Assembly: GCA_943349945.1 (NCBI GenBank)
Contig: CALQZS010000001.1
Location: 51,339 to 115,338 of the forward strand
DNA: 64,000 nt
Source: Candidatus Nomurabacteria bacterium
GTDB taxonomy: Bacteria > Patescibacteriota > Minisyncoccia > Phycocordibacterales > SBAW01
Reading direction: 5' to 3'
Positions 27,093 through 38,171 of this stretch are shown piece by piece. A model generated the notes under the pieces. That model was given only the letters and a program-made list of their open reading frames with translations. It was not told where the DNA came from and did no database searches. Each line of letters starts with the position of its first letter. Position 1 is the stretch's first letter. The position numbers and the translations under genes are program-made.

Positions 27093-27609
27093 GTGTGTGT
27101 AGTTATCGCATGCCGAGAGGTAAGTTTCAAGAAAAAAGAAAGCGACTCAAAAGAGTCGCTTAGTGTGAGTTGCTGCTACCTATTGCAGCGACCCTTGTAT
27201 TTTACCCGAAGCCAGCCCCTGCCCTTGTTTGGAGGAGCGTGGGCAGAGCCACGGCGCCGCGTGCGGTTGCCGCGAAGCGCACCACTGCGGGACTTCAAGA
27301 CCCCTTACCTTTCTTGTGGTTTCGATTTTGACCCCACAAAATGCTGTCGTAGTCGGCCACGGCACTCGTCGAGCGCTTGCCCGACTTCATAATGGCGGCG
27401 AGAGCCTGGTCATCCATACTTTGTGTTCTTTGACCGCTGCCGCGTCGCGGTGATGTAGAGGCCCTGGGCCTCCCTGAAAAAAGTTGGTAATCGTCGTTAT
27501 GTTTCAAGCCACGTCCCCTACTTTTTTGTACTCGGCACACAAACGCATTCTCCATTTTGGAGACCATCGTGCCAAAAATATCCTACAACACTAACGTACA
27601 GAAAGCAAA

Positions 27610-28494
27610 TTACCCAATTAAAGCCTTGATACGATCCTCCGTGGGCGGGTGGGTCATAAACAATTTAGAAATACCACTCATAGCAGCTTTTGCGCCAAAG
27701 GGGTTCGAAATATAGAGGTGCGCAGTGGCATTGTTGGCGCGGCGCATGGGCGCCTGGTAGGAGCCAATTTTACGCAAAGCACTCGCCAACCCCTCTGGGT
27801 AGCGGGTTAGCAGCGCGCCCGATGCGTCGGCCAAAAACTCGCGCTTGCGCGAAATAGCCAGTTGCAGCAGCGTAGCTACAATGGGCGCCAGCACAATAAG
27901 CGCAATAGAAATTATAGCCATGATGGGGTGCGACTTTTCTTCCCTATCGCGACCGCCAAACAGCATCGAATGCAAAAAGAAGTCTGAGATAAGTGTAATG
28001 AATCCAAGCAACACCACCGCCACGGTCGAGACAAGCATGTCGCGGTTGCCTACATGGCTAAGTTCGTGCGCAAGCACGCCTTCAAGCTCGTGCCGCTCCA
28101 TCATCCCCAAAAGTCCGGTAGTTACAGCCACCACAGCGTGCTTTGGGTCGCGGCCGGTAGCAAAAGCGTTGGGCGCTGGGTCTTCAATAATGTAGACCTT
28201 TGGTTTTGGCAGCCCCGCTGTGATGGCCAAGTTTTCGACAAGGCGATTAAGCTCGAGATACTCAGGCCCATCGGCTGGCTTTGCACCCGCCATTTTGACC
28301 ACTATTTTATCCGAAAACCAGTAGCTGGTGATGTTCATCACCACCGCAAACACCACCGCAAAAAGTAAGATGCCCGGGTTGTTGTAGTAAAAGGAAATAG
28401 CCCACCCCACGCCGATAACCACAGCAAAAAACAAGGTCATCAAGACCCACGTTTTTGCAACATTTTGACTCTGGTGTGTATAAAGTGTGGCCAT
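27610..28494 (-). CDS. htpX: M48 zinc metalloprotease HtpX
   Basis: HELSHV (HExxH) motif and a 4-TM topology. Confidence 0.9.
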   Translation of the reverse strand: MATLYTHQSQNVAKTWVLMTLFFAVVIGVGWAISFYYNNPGILLFAVVFAVVMNITSYWFSDKIVVKMAGAKPADGPEYLELNRLVENLAITAGLPKPKVYIIEDPAPNAFATGRDPKHAVVAVTTGLLGMMERHELEGVLAHELSHVGNRDMLVSTVAVVLLGFITLISDFFLHSMLFGGRDREEKSHPIMAIISIALIVLAPIVATLLQLAISRKREFLADASGALLTRYPEGLASALRKIGSYQAPMRRANNATAHLYISNPFGAKAAMSGISKLFMTHPPTEDRIKALIG

Positions 28495-28601
28495 GATTTG
28501 AGTCTTCGAAAATCACCCTGTTAAATTCGCGAAGCGAGGGCCGGAGGCCTATTTAACAGGGTAGTGAAAATTATATTCACTACCTATTCATTAATTTTCA
28601 A

Positions 28602-29165
28602 CTAGAACTTTACCGCAACTGGTTGGCGAGCCGCTTCTTCGTCTTGCGCAAGCTCAAAGAACTCGCGTGATTCGAAGTGGAAGAGGTTTGCAATAATATT
28701 GCCTGGGAAGCTCTGCATAGCGGTGTTTAGGTCGCGTACCACCCCGTTGTAAAAGCGGCGCGACGCTTGGATCTTGTTTTCTGTATCCGACAACTCGCGC
28801 TGCAACTCAAGGAAGTTTGTATTTGCTTTGAGGTCTGGATAATTCTCGGCAACTGCAAAAAGCGACTTGAGGGTGCTGGAGAGCATGTTTTCTGCCTCAC
28901 CACGCTGGTTTAGGTCACTGGTTGCACCCATCGCACGTGCACGAGCATTTGTGACATCGTCTAATACGGTTTTTTCGTGTGTAGCATAGCCTTTAACCGT
29001 TTCGATAAGGTTTGGGATAAGATCGTAGCGACGCTTAAGCTGCACATCAATGTCTGCCCATGCCTCACGGCCGCGCTGCACCATACTTACAAAACGGTTG
29101 TACGCAAAAACCGTCCAAAGCACCAACACAACAATAATCGCAAGCCCAATATATAGTGGTGTCAT
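28602..29165 (-). CDS. LemA-family protein
   Basis: N-terminal TM segment and the LemA signature (AYNRFVS...NYPDLKAN). Adjacent to htpX. Confidence 0.85.
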   Translation of the reverse strand: MTPLYIGLAIIVVLVLWTVFAYNRFVSMVQRGREAWADIDVQLKRRYDLIPNLIETVKGYATHEKTVLDDVTNARARAMGATSDLNQRGEAENMLSSTLKSLFAVAENYPDLKANTNFLELQRELSDTENKIQASRRFYNGVVRDLNTAMQSFPGNIIANLFHFESREFFELAQDEEAARQPVAVKF

Positions 29166-29197
29166 ATGCCTATAAGTATACAGCAAATTAGAGGAAC

Positions 29198-30847
<1,650 letters not shown>

Positions 30848-30897
30848 CTAGTGAGTGAGTGAATAAAAGGCTAAAAAGTTATCCCCAGTTCTCTCAA

Positions 30898-30932
30898 CGA
30901 AGGTCAGTCCTTCGTCGAAGGACTGACCTTCG
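30898..30932. repeat. perfect 35-nt palindrome, copy 2 (identical to 6906-6940), in the groES-groEL spacer
   Basis: Exact match to copy 1. Flanked by gttatcccca (30879-30888) and tgtggataac (30944-30953), which are DnaA-box-like. Confidence 0.9.
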
Positions 30933-30937
30933 GGTGG

Positions 30938-31321
30938 TTAGTTGTGGATAACTGCGAGAATGCTGCTTTCGGGCAAGATGTAGTACTCTACCCCGCCCAC
31001 CTTTATTTCGTCGAAGCCATACTTAGAGAACATCACTTTGTCGCCAACCTGGACCCCCATAGGCACTAGTTCGTTGTCGTCGCCGCGGCGACCGGGACCC
31101 ACCGCCACTACGGTGCCGTGTTCCGGTTTTTCTTTTGCACTGTCGGGGATAATAAGCCCAAACGAAGTCATCTCTTCGGGAGCTTGGGGCTTGATGAGTA
31201 CGCGGTCGCCCATAGGCAACACGCCCAACTCACCAAATCGACTTGTAGTAGAGGTAACTTTTTTAATGACCTGCTTTTTTGCACCACTGCGCGCGACAAC
31301 TTTTTTCTTAGTTTTTTTCAT
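30938..31321 (-). CDS. groES: co-chaperonin GroES with ~35-aa basic N-terminal extension
   Basis: GroES core (RVLIKP...GTVVAVGPG...GDKVMFSKYG) preceded by MKKTKKKVVARSGAKKQVIKK. Confidence 0.9.
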   Translation of the reverse strand: MKKTKKKVVARSGAKKQVIKKVTSTTSRFGELGVLPMGDRVLIKPQAPEEMTSFGLIIPDSAKEKPEHGTVVAVGPGRRGDDNELVPMGVQVGDKVMFSKYGFDEIKVGGVEYYILPESSILAVIHN

Positions 31322-31459
31322 AGCGAAAAAGCATTAGGAACTTGAATAAACGGGCTTTTTCTACACCCTAAAATCGCATTAAATATAGACAAAAATTGCC
31401 CACAGTCAAGGACATCGCTGGTTTGCGCACAGGCCATACCCGTGCTATATTGCTTGGCA

Positions 31460-31690
31460 ATGACCTTACACGGCATCTTGCCGTACATACAGATAGTGCT
31501 CTCGATTGTCCTGGTACTCTGCATACTCTTGCAGCAAACAGGAGCTTCGATGGGCGGCGCATTTGGCGGAGACAACTTCAGCGCGGCTTACCATACTCGT
31601 CGTGGCACTGAAAAATATCTGTTTTATACGACAATTATTGTAGGTAGCTTGTTTGCTCTATCTGCGTTTGTTGCGCTGGTCATACAGTAA
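31460..31690 (+). CDS. secG: preprotein translocase subunit SecG
   Basis: IVLVLCILLQQ...GASMGGAFGG...TRRGTEK pattern. Confidence 0.7.
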   Translation: MTLHGILPYIQIVLSIVLVLCILLQQTGASMGGAFGGDNFSAAYHTRRGTEKYLFYTTIIVGSLFALSAFVALVIQ

Positions 31691-31738
31691 TCGGTACCCC
31701 CTTTAACAACTTAGCTCTTCTCCTCCTCAACACCATTT

Positions 31739-33490
31739 ATGCGTAGTACTTCTTCGCGTTTCTCCTGGCGAGCTCGCCCGCTTGTGCGGCAAGCAAATAC
31801 AATAGTGCAGTCATTTTCGGCAAGCGGGCGAGCTTTGTTTATGTTGTTCGCGGGCATGCTTATATGTAGCAGCGTGGCGCTTGTCTATTTACTCAATGCC
31901 CAATTTTTAGTCGCTGCACCTGCTCGCGGCGGCGCACTGTCGGAAGGTATTATCGGCGCACCACGGTTTATAAACCCCGTGCTGGCCATATCCGACGCCG
32001 ACCGAGATTTGTCTGCCCTGGTGTACTCTGGCTTACTTAAAGCCGCACCCGAAGGCGGGTATGTGCCCGACTTGGCGCAAAGCTATGCAGTGTCCGACGA
32101 AGGGCGCACCTACACCTTTACCTTAAAACCAGAGGCAACCTTTCATGACGGCACACCCGTTACCGCAAGCGACGTGGTATTTACCATTACCAAAACGCAG
32201 GATCCAAAACTCAAAAGCCCAGAGCGCGCAAACTGGAATAGCGTCACCGTCGAAGAGCTAGATGCGCGCACGGTCAGGTTTACCCTCAAACAAGCGTATG
32301 CTCCATTTGTCGAAAATTTGACCTTGGGTATTTTGCCTAAACACCTCTGGCAGTCAACCACCGCCGAGGACATGACCTTTAGCAACTTAAACAGCAATCC
32401 TATAGGTTCGGGGCCATTTATGGTGAGCTCTGTGTCGCGCAACTCCTCGGGTATTCCTGCCGCCTATACACTCACCGCCTTTGCAGAGTACGCGCTGGGC
32501 GAGCCGTATCTCACACACGTCACATTCAACTTTTACAAAAACGAGGACGATTTGCTGGACGCGCTGCGCAAAGGCGAGATAGAAACCGCAAGCGGCATAT
32601 CGCCCGCGGCCTTGGCCGACCTAGACACCACAGTAGAGCGGTCCCCTCTTAACCGTATTTTTGCAGTGTTCTTTAACCAAAACCAGTCAGAGGTACTGCG
32701 CGACAAAGTGGTGCGACAAGCGCTCAACGCAGCCATTAACCGCCACGATTTAGTGGAAGAGGTGCTAGGCGGCTACGGCACACCCATAGACGGCCCTATA
32801 CCTCCCGCCATCCTCAGCACGCCCGCAGTCGAAGCGGCGGCGGATACCGCAAGCGCTGTTGCTGCCGCCCAACAAATACTCGTTGATGCCGGATGGGAAA
32901 CAGGACCGGACGGTATTTTCCAAAAAAAGACCGGTAGTGGCAGCGATGCAAAAACTGTAACCCTTTCATTTTCTCTTGCGACAGGCAATGTGCCCGAGCT
33001 GCGCGCCGCAGCAGAGTACATGCGCCACACCTGGGCAGAGATGGGCGCACAGGTAGAGGTACAGGTATACGACCAAGGCGACTTGTCGCAAAACATTATA
33101 CGACCGCGCAAATATGATGCACTTTTGTTTGGCGAAGTAGTGGGCAGAGAGATGGATCTCTTTGCGTTTTGGGACTCCAGCCAGCGCGTCGACCCAGGAC
33201 TCAATGTCGCCCTGTACGCAAACGCCACTGCAGACAAACTCCTAGCCCAGCTGCGCCAAACTGCAGACACAGCAACCCGTGGCAGTCTCTACGAGCAGTT
33301 TGCTGCCGAGCTGCGCAACGACATACCTGCACTATTTCTCTATGCGCCGGATTTCGTGTATATTGTACCCAAAGATCTCCAAGGGCTTGATCTAAAGTTT
33401 ATAGAAACGCCTAGTGACAGATTTTTGAGCGCACATCTGTGGCACCGTGAGACAGACTTTGTGTGGCCGTTTTTTGCCGCCAAAAAGTAA
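31739..33490 (+). CDS. ABC transporter substrate-binding protein (family 5, peptide/nickel-type)
   Basis: N-terminal anchor followed by an SBP_bac_5-like region (FINPVLA, YTFTLK...FHDG). No cognate permease genes are adjacent. Confidence 0.7.
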   Translation: MRSTSSRFSWRARPLVRQANTIVQSFSASGRALFMLFAGMLICSSVALVYLLNAQFLVAAPARGGALSEGIIGAPRFINPVLAISDADRDLSALVYSGLLKAAPEGGYVPDLAQSYAVSDEGRTYTFTLKPEATFHDGTPVTASDVVFTITKTQDPKLKSPERANWNSVTVEELDARTVRFTLKQAYAPFVENLTLGILPKHLWQSTTAEDMTFSNLNSNPIGSGPFMVSSVSRNSSGIPAAYTLTAFAEYALGEPYLTHVTFNFYKNEDDLLDALRKGEIETASGISPAALADLDTTVERSPLNRIFAVFFNQNQSEVLRDKVVRQALNAAINRHDLVEEVLGGYGTPIDGPIPPAILSTPAVEAAADTASAVAAAQQILVDAGWETGPDGIFQKKTGSGSDAKTVTLSFSLATGNVPELRAAAEYMRHTWAEMGAQVEVQVYDQGDLSQNIIRPRKYDALLFGEVVGREMDLFAFWDSSQRVDPGLNVALYANATADKLLAQLRQTADTATRGSLYEQFAAELRNDIPALFLYAPDFVYIVPKDLQGLDLKFIETPSDRFLSAHLWHRETDFVWPFFAAKK

Positions 33491-33533
33491 GTATTAACAA
33501 CATCTATTCGATTAATCATGTACGTATATAGTT

Positions 33534-35441
33534 ATGGAACCAAATAAAAAGCCTGTACAAGGCCGTCCGTTTGCTGCAAAAAACCCTACCAACAAACCCG
33601 GTGGCACTTTTGGCGCACAAAGAGGTGGCCGCGGCAAACGCGGCGACAGTCGCTCGTTTCGACGCAGCGGTGGCCCCAAGCCTCACCAAGTGCACCCGCC
33701 TCGCGAAATCGCGGAGCAAGGCATGCCCAACACAAACGGTGCCGAAGAAAAACCAATACCACCACTTGAGGCCGGGAACATCCGCATCATCCCGCTAGGC
33801 GGCGTCGAAGAAATCGGCCGCAACATGACCGCAATTGAATATGGCGACGACATTATCGCCATAGACTGTGGTTTCCAATTCCGCGAAGACGACACCCCTG
33901 GCATCGACTACATCCTGCCTAACACCAAATATCTAGAAGACCGTCGCGACAAAATCCGTGGACTCTTTATAACCCACGGACACCTCGACCATATCGGCGG
34001 CATCCCCTACGTTATCGACCGTATCGGCTACCCGCCGATATTTACCCGCCGCCTCTCTGCGGTCATGATCAAAAAACGCCAAGAGGAATTCCCAAACCTA
34101 AAACCTCTGGATATCCACGAAGTAGAAAAGGAGGACACTATTCGCGCAGGCAATATGCGGGTTAAGTTTTTCGCCGTGTCGCACACCATCCCCGACGCTA
34201 TGGGTATCATTATAGAAACTCCGCACGGACTCGTGGTATTTACCGGTGACTTGCGCCTCGACCACATCGACGGCATTCCTACCGAAAAAGAGGAGCAGGA
34301 ATTTGCCTACTTTAAAGACAAAAAGGTGCTCTTTTTGGCAGCAGACTCGACCAACGCCGACAAGCCAGGGTTTTCTCTGCCGGAGCGCATTGTGCAAAAA
34401 AATCTCGACGACATAATCACCAATACCAAGACGCGCTTAATAATCGGCACCTTCTCGAGCCAGCTGGAGCGTATTATGCGCATGCTCGAGTGTGCTGAAC
34501 GTACCGGACGCAAAGTCCTGGTTGAAGGCCGCTCTATGAAGGTAAACATAGAAATAGTGAAGCAGCTTGGGATGATCAAGGTAGACGAAAAAATGTTTAT
34601 CGGACCCGAGCAGCTCGAGCACTTGCCCGACCACAAGGTGATGGTCTTGGCCACCGGCGCACAAGGCGACGAATTTGCCGCACTGATGCGCGTTGCACAA
34701 AAAACCCACAAGTACGTCAAGATTAAACCCGGCGACACCGTGGTACTCTCCTCGTCTGTGGTGCCAGGCAACGAACGCGCCGTACAAAAACTCAAAGACA
34801 ACCTCTCTCGCCAAGGCGCGCGCATTATCGACAGACAAATCATGGACGTGCACGCCTCGGGCCACGCCAACCGCGACGAAACACTTTGGATACACTCCAA
34901 AATAAATCCTCGCTTCTTTATGCCGCTGCACGGCTATCACTACATGTTGCGTGTACACGCGGACATTGCCAAAGCATGCGGCCGTAGAGAAGACGAGATA
35001 ATCGTCCCCGACAACAGCTGCATTATCGAAATCCAAGACGAGGGACAAAAAATAGTACGCCGCAAAGAAATGGCTCCTGCAGGACTCCGCCTGGTAGACG
35101 GCTTTTCTATCGGCGACATCCAAGAGGTGGTTATACGCGACCGCACTGTGCTTGCCCAAGAAGGCATGTTTGTCATCATCGCAACGGTAAACCCAAAAAC
35201 CGGCCGCTTGCGCAAATCTCCAGACATCATCTCGCGCGGCTTTGTATACTTGCGCGAGTCGCAAGAACTGTTGCAACAAACACGCATCATCATCAAAAAA
35301 ACAATCGAAGACACTACCCAGGGTATGCAGCCGGTTAACTTTGACTATGTCAAAAACAACGTCACAGACGCGGTCGCACGTTTTCTATTCGAGAAGACAA
35401 ACAAGCGCCCTATCGTCATCCCTGTCGTACTTGGCGTCTAG
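33534..35441 (+). CDS. rnj: ribonuclease J (metallo-beta-lactamase/beta-CASP) with basic N-terminal extension
   Basis: ITHGHLDHIGG and beta-CASP motifs, preceded by ~70 aa that are rich in R, G and K. Confidence 0.9.
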   Translation: MEPNKKPVQGRPFAAKNPTNKPGGTFGAQRGGRGKRGDSRSFRRSGGPKPHQVHPPREIAEQGMPNTNGAEEKPIPPLEAGNIRIIPLGGVEEIGRNMTAIEYGDDIIAIDCGFQFREDDTPGIDYILPNTKYLEDRRDKIRGLFITHGHLDHIGGIPYVIDRIGYPPIFTRRLSAVMIKKRQEEFPNLKPLDIHEVEKEDTIRAGNMRVKFFAVSHTIPDAMGIIIETPHGLVVFTGDLRLDHIDGIPTEKEEQEFAYFKDKKVLFLAADSTNADKPGFSLPERIVQKNLDDIITNTKTRLIIGTFSSQLERIMRMLECAERTGRKVLVEGRSMKVNIEIVKQLGMIKVDEKMFIGPEQLEHLPDHKVMVLATGAQGDEFAALMRVAQKTHKYVKIKPGDTVVLSSSVVPGNERAVQKLKDNLSRQGARIIDRQIMDVHASGHANRDETLWIHSKINPRFFMPLHGYHYMLRVHADIAKACGRREDEIIVPDNSCIIEIQDEGQKIVRRKEMAPAGLRLVDGFSIGDIQEVVIRDRTVLAQEGMFVIIATVNPKTGRLRKSPDIISRGFVYLRESQELLQQTRIIIKKTIEDTTQGMQPVNFDYVKNNVTDAVARFLFEKTNKRPIVIPVVLGV

Positions 35442-35503
35442 CTTGCCGCCCGCTACAAACACAGTAGTATAAAGAACAGTTGCACTCATGGAGGTTAATT
35501 ACC

Positions 35504-35686
35504 ATGCCGCTTCATGCGATGTATTACACGTGCCCAGCCTGTGGGAAACAGGTCCAACTACAAGACGCCCTGGCACATACCGAAGCAGGATTTGCTCGGA
35601 GACTGCGAGAATGGTATCTGATTCCAACACACAAAAAACCCTCATCGCTTGTGTGCGAAAAATCCGGGCAAAACCCAGACTTATAG
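35504..35686 (+). CDS. small zinc-ribbon protein (CPAC...C)
   Basis: GGAGG RBS 6 nt before the ATG. CxxC motif in YTCPACGKQ. Confidence 0.4.
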   Translation: MPLHAMYYTCPACGKQVQLQDALAHTEAGFARRLREWYLIPTHKKPSSLVCEKSGQNPDL

Positions 35687-35689
35687 CAG

Positions 35690-36538
35690 CTAGCCTGCTA
35701 GCGCAAACTGCCGGCCTCGTCGTATGACGAGGCCTTCTTTTTGCAGCCGCAGAAGCTCATGCTCTATTTTGACTTCTGTGTACAGTATCGATTTTTGCGC
35801 ACGTGCGCAAAAGTCTTTAATTTGTTTTACTGTTGCGGGCCCGGCCAGAAGTGCACGTACTATAGCGCCACGCAACTGCCGTGTAGAGCCTGCAAACTTT
35901 TTTTGCTTTATATAGTGCTTGCTTTGCGCATTTAACTTAACTCCGCTTGCCTTCAAGTGCGTGCCGTAGTCCATAAGCGCCGCATAAAAATGACGCGACT
36001 CTATACCCTGCCGGTGCGCCACACGCAGCGCCTGCTCTATCAAAGGAAACAGCGTAGCGTCGGCTATTTCTCCAGCAGAAGCATCAGCAAAGCAGTGGTG
36101 CAAAAAGACCGTGCGGATATTTGTCTCGATACACACCTCCGGTTTGTTAAATGCAAAAATAGCCACTGCACGCGCAGTATAGTGTCCCACCCCGGGCAGC
36201 TCCTCAAGCCTTTTTACGTCTTGTGGGAAAGTGCGGTTATATTTCTCTGCCACCACTTTGGCCGCTTGTTGCAAGTATTTTGCCCGTCGGTTATACCCCA
36301 GTCCGCTCCACGCCAAAAGCACTTCCGACAAAGGCGCTTCAGCGAGCGCTTGCACCGTAGGAAATTTTTTTACAAAGAGTTTATATTTTGGCAGCACACG
36401 GTCCACTTGCGTTTGTTGCAGCATCACCTCCGACACCAAAATACGGTACGGGTTTTGGGTCTGTCTCCACGGCAAATGATGCCTGCCACTTTTGGCATAA
36501 TAGGAAGACACGGTGCGCACTAAGGCAGGCATGGTCAT
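35690..36538 (-). CDS. HhH-GPD DNA glycosylase (MutY/Nth-like) lacking the 4Fe-4S cysteine cluster, with a C-terminal winged-helix domain
   Basis: LPWRQTQNPYRILVSEVMLQQTQV and an HhH-GPD motif (LPGVGHYTARAV). No C-x6-C-x2-C-x5-C cluster. Confidence 0.7.
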   Translation of the reverse strand: MTMPALVRTVSSYYAKSGRHHLPWRQTQNPYRILVSEVMLQQTQVDRVLPKYKLFVKKFPTVQALAEAPLSEVLLAWSGLGYNRRAKYLQQAAKVVAEKYNRTFPQDVKRLEELPGVGHYTARAVAIFAFNKPEVCIETNIRTVFLHHCFADASAGEIADATLFPLIEQALRVAHRQGIESRHFYAALMDYGTHLKASGVKLNAQSKHYIKQKKFAGSTRQLRGAIVRALLAGPATVKQIKDFCARAQKSILYTEVKIEHELLRLQKEGLVIRRGRQFALAG

Positions 36539-36555
36539 ACAAAAATGAGCATAAC

Positions 36556-36584
36556 AAAAAACTCCGCCGAAGCGGAGTTTTTTG
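36556..36584. terminator. bidirectional intrinsic terminator (aaaaaactccgccgaagcggagtttttt)
   Basis: Perfect stem flanked by an A-run and a T-run, between convergent genes. Confidence 0.75.
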
Positions 36585-36601
36585 TACGAACCCAGTATGA
36601 A

Positions 36602-36856
36602 TTACTGAGCTTTTGGACGTGCGTCAGAAACTGTGAGCATGCGACCACCGAAGTCTTTGCCATTCCACATAGCAATAGCTTGGTCAGCACCTGCATCATC
36701 GGCCATCTCGACAAAGCCAAAGCCTCGTGAGCGACCAGTTTCGCGGTCGGTGACAATGGATGCAGAAGCAACCTCACCGGCCTGTGCGAACGCGTCTTTG
36801 AGCTCATCCCCCGTAGTACGGTATGGGAGGCCACCTACGAACAACTTGCGTGCCAT
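36602..36856 (-). CDS. RRM-type RNA-binding protein
   Basis: RNP-2 (KLFVGGL) and RNP-1 (RGFGFVEM). Confidence 0.9.
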   Translation of the reverse strand: MARKLFVGGLPYRTTGDELKDAFAQAGEVASASIVTDRETGRSRGFGFVEMADDAGADQAIAMWNGKDFGGRMLTVSDARPKAQ

Positions 36857-37005
36857 ATTGTGCGAATACAATAATTAACTAAGTTCTCTGTAAGACGACC
36901 CTCTCAAAACTCCCGAAACTTAATACAGCCCGGGTGACATGGAGAACTTACTCGAACGCCCCCAAGATAGCACGGCACCCCAAAAAGGGCAATACCGACT
37001 ATGCA

Positions 37006-37809
37006 CTACTGTACCTGTGCTGTGGTTGTGGCGGTTACCGAGGCTTCTGCCTTTTTAAGACCGTCTAGAATGGTCTGTATTGCTTTGCGCGCGTCCTGTA
37101 GGTCTTTGTGCGCTGCCTGCAAATTGGTGCGGGCTGCTTTGAGTGCTGCGGCATTTGCGGCCATTTTGGTCTTGTCGTTATTGTCGGGCGACAACACTGC
37201 ACTTGCAGACACTGCTGCCTGGGCTTGGGTGTTTGCGCTGTTTATCTTTGTATTGAGCTCGGTCAAGGCCAGGTTAAGTGCGGCTACTTCGGCACCCGCG
37301 GTCTGGGCTGCTACCACGCGCGCCTGCAGTTTTGCACCCAAGGTTGCCATCATGTTGGCAAGCACAACTTCGCGGTCGGCCATGGCCGCGATGCGTGCCT
37401 GAGGCATAAACAATGCGAAGATTTGATGTGACTGGGTTATGGACTGTACGTCAGCCTTTATCACTGCCTCGTCGGTCTCGGCGTCTATCTTAGTTTTGAG
37501 TGTCTGCAGCGCGGTTGTCTGTGTTTGCACCGCAGCGCTGAGGTTTTGTTTAAATGCATCAGTTACCTTCTGCATGGTCTGGATGCGCGCCTGCATGTCG
37601 GCCAACAAGGCGATGCGGCGATCTATCTCTTTGGTGGCTTTTGCTTTTGCGGCAGTAACCTTAGCAGAAACTGAGGCATTCACCCCGCCTACGGGTGTGG
37701 TAACTGCGGCGTTTACTCCGGCATTAACCCCAGCACCTTGCGCCAAAGCAGTGGTGGGTATCACGGCCAAACTAGCAATAAGAGCGGCTGCAAAAATTGT
37801 GTGTAACAT
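37006..37809 (-). CDS. secreted coiled-coil protein, hypothetical
   Basis: Signal peptide followed by A/Q/T-rich heptad-like sequence. Confidence 0.5.
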   Translation of the reverse strand: MLHTIFAAALIASLAVIPTTALAQGAGVNAGVNAAVTTPVGGVNASVSAKVTAAKAKATKEIDRRIALLADMQARIQTMQKVTDAFKQNLSAAVQTQTTALQTLKTKIDAETDEAVIKADVQSITQSHQIFALFMPQARIAAMADREVVLANMMATLGAKLQARVVAAQTAGAEVAALNLALTELNTKINSANTQAQAAVSASAVLSPDNNDKTKMAANAAALKAARTNLQAAHKDLQDARKAIQTILDGLKKAEASVTATTTAQVQ

Positions 37810-37828
37810 ATGAGGTATAGAAGTTAGA

Positions 37829-38125
37829 TTAGTAGTCTTGCGGTGTTTGCTTGTCGGACATGCTGCTGTCGACGTTTGCCGAGTCGGTAGTCAGCGCCTG
37901 CATCTGTACATCCACAGCAGCCGTATCTTGCGCCACAGCGGCATCAGAAGTGTCATTTGCGGCACTCATGCCGTTGGTAGGCTGCTCGGTAGTGGTAGTA
38001 GGCGCAGGCTCAACGGGTGTGGGCGTTGGCACTGGTGCTGCGCCCAACCAGCCGCTCCACCATACAAGAAATCCGGCAGCGCCAAGAATTATTACTATAA
38101 ATATCCATTTAATTGCTGTAGCCAT
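37829..38125 (-). CDS. hypothetical membrane-anchored protein
   Basis: N-terminal TM segment and a P/T-rich linker. Confidence 0.4.
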   Translation of the reverse strand: MATAIKWIFIVIILGAAGFLVWWSGWLGAAPVPTPTPVEPAPTTTTEQPTNGMSAANDTSDAAVAQDTAAVDVQMQALTTDSANVDSSMSDKQTPQDY

Positions 38126-38171
38126 AGTGTATTCATTCGGTTACGCACAGTTAGTATCTGCTTAGTATACC

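Noticed and set aside
26958-27392. Plus-strand ORF 26958-27392 (144 aa)
   Set aside because: It runs through the tRNA-Ser(GGA) gene and its hairpins, and the product is Cys/Arg-rich nonsense.
31322-31441. HrcA CIRCE operator upstream of groES
   Set aside because: No TTAGCACTC-N9-GAGTGCTAA-like inverted repeat is present.
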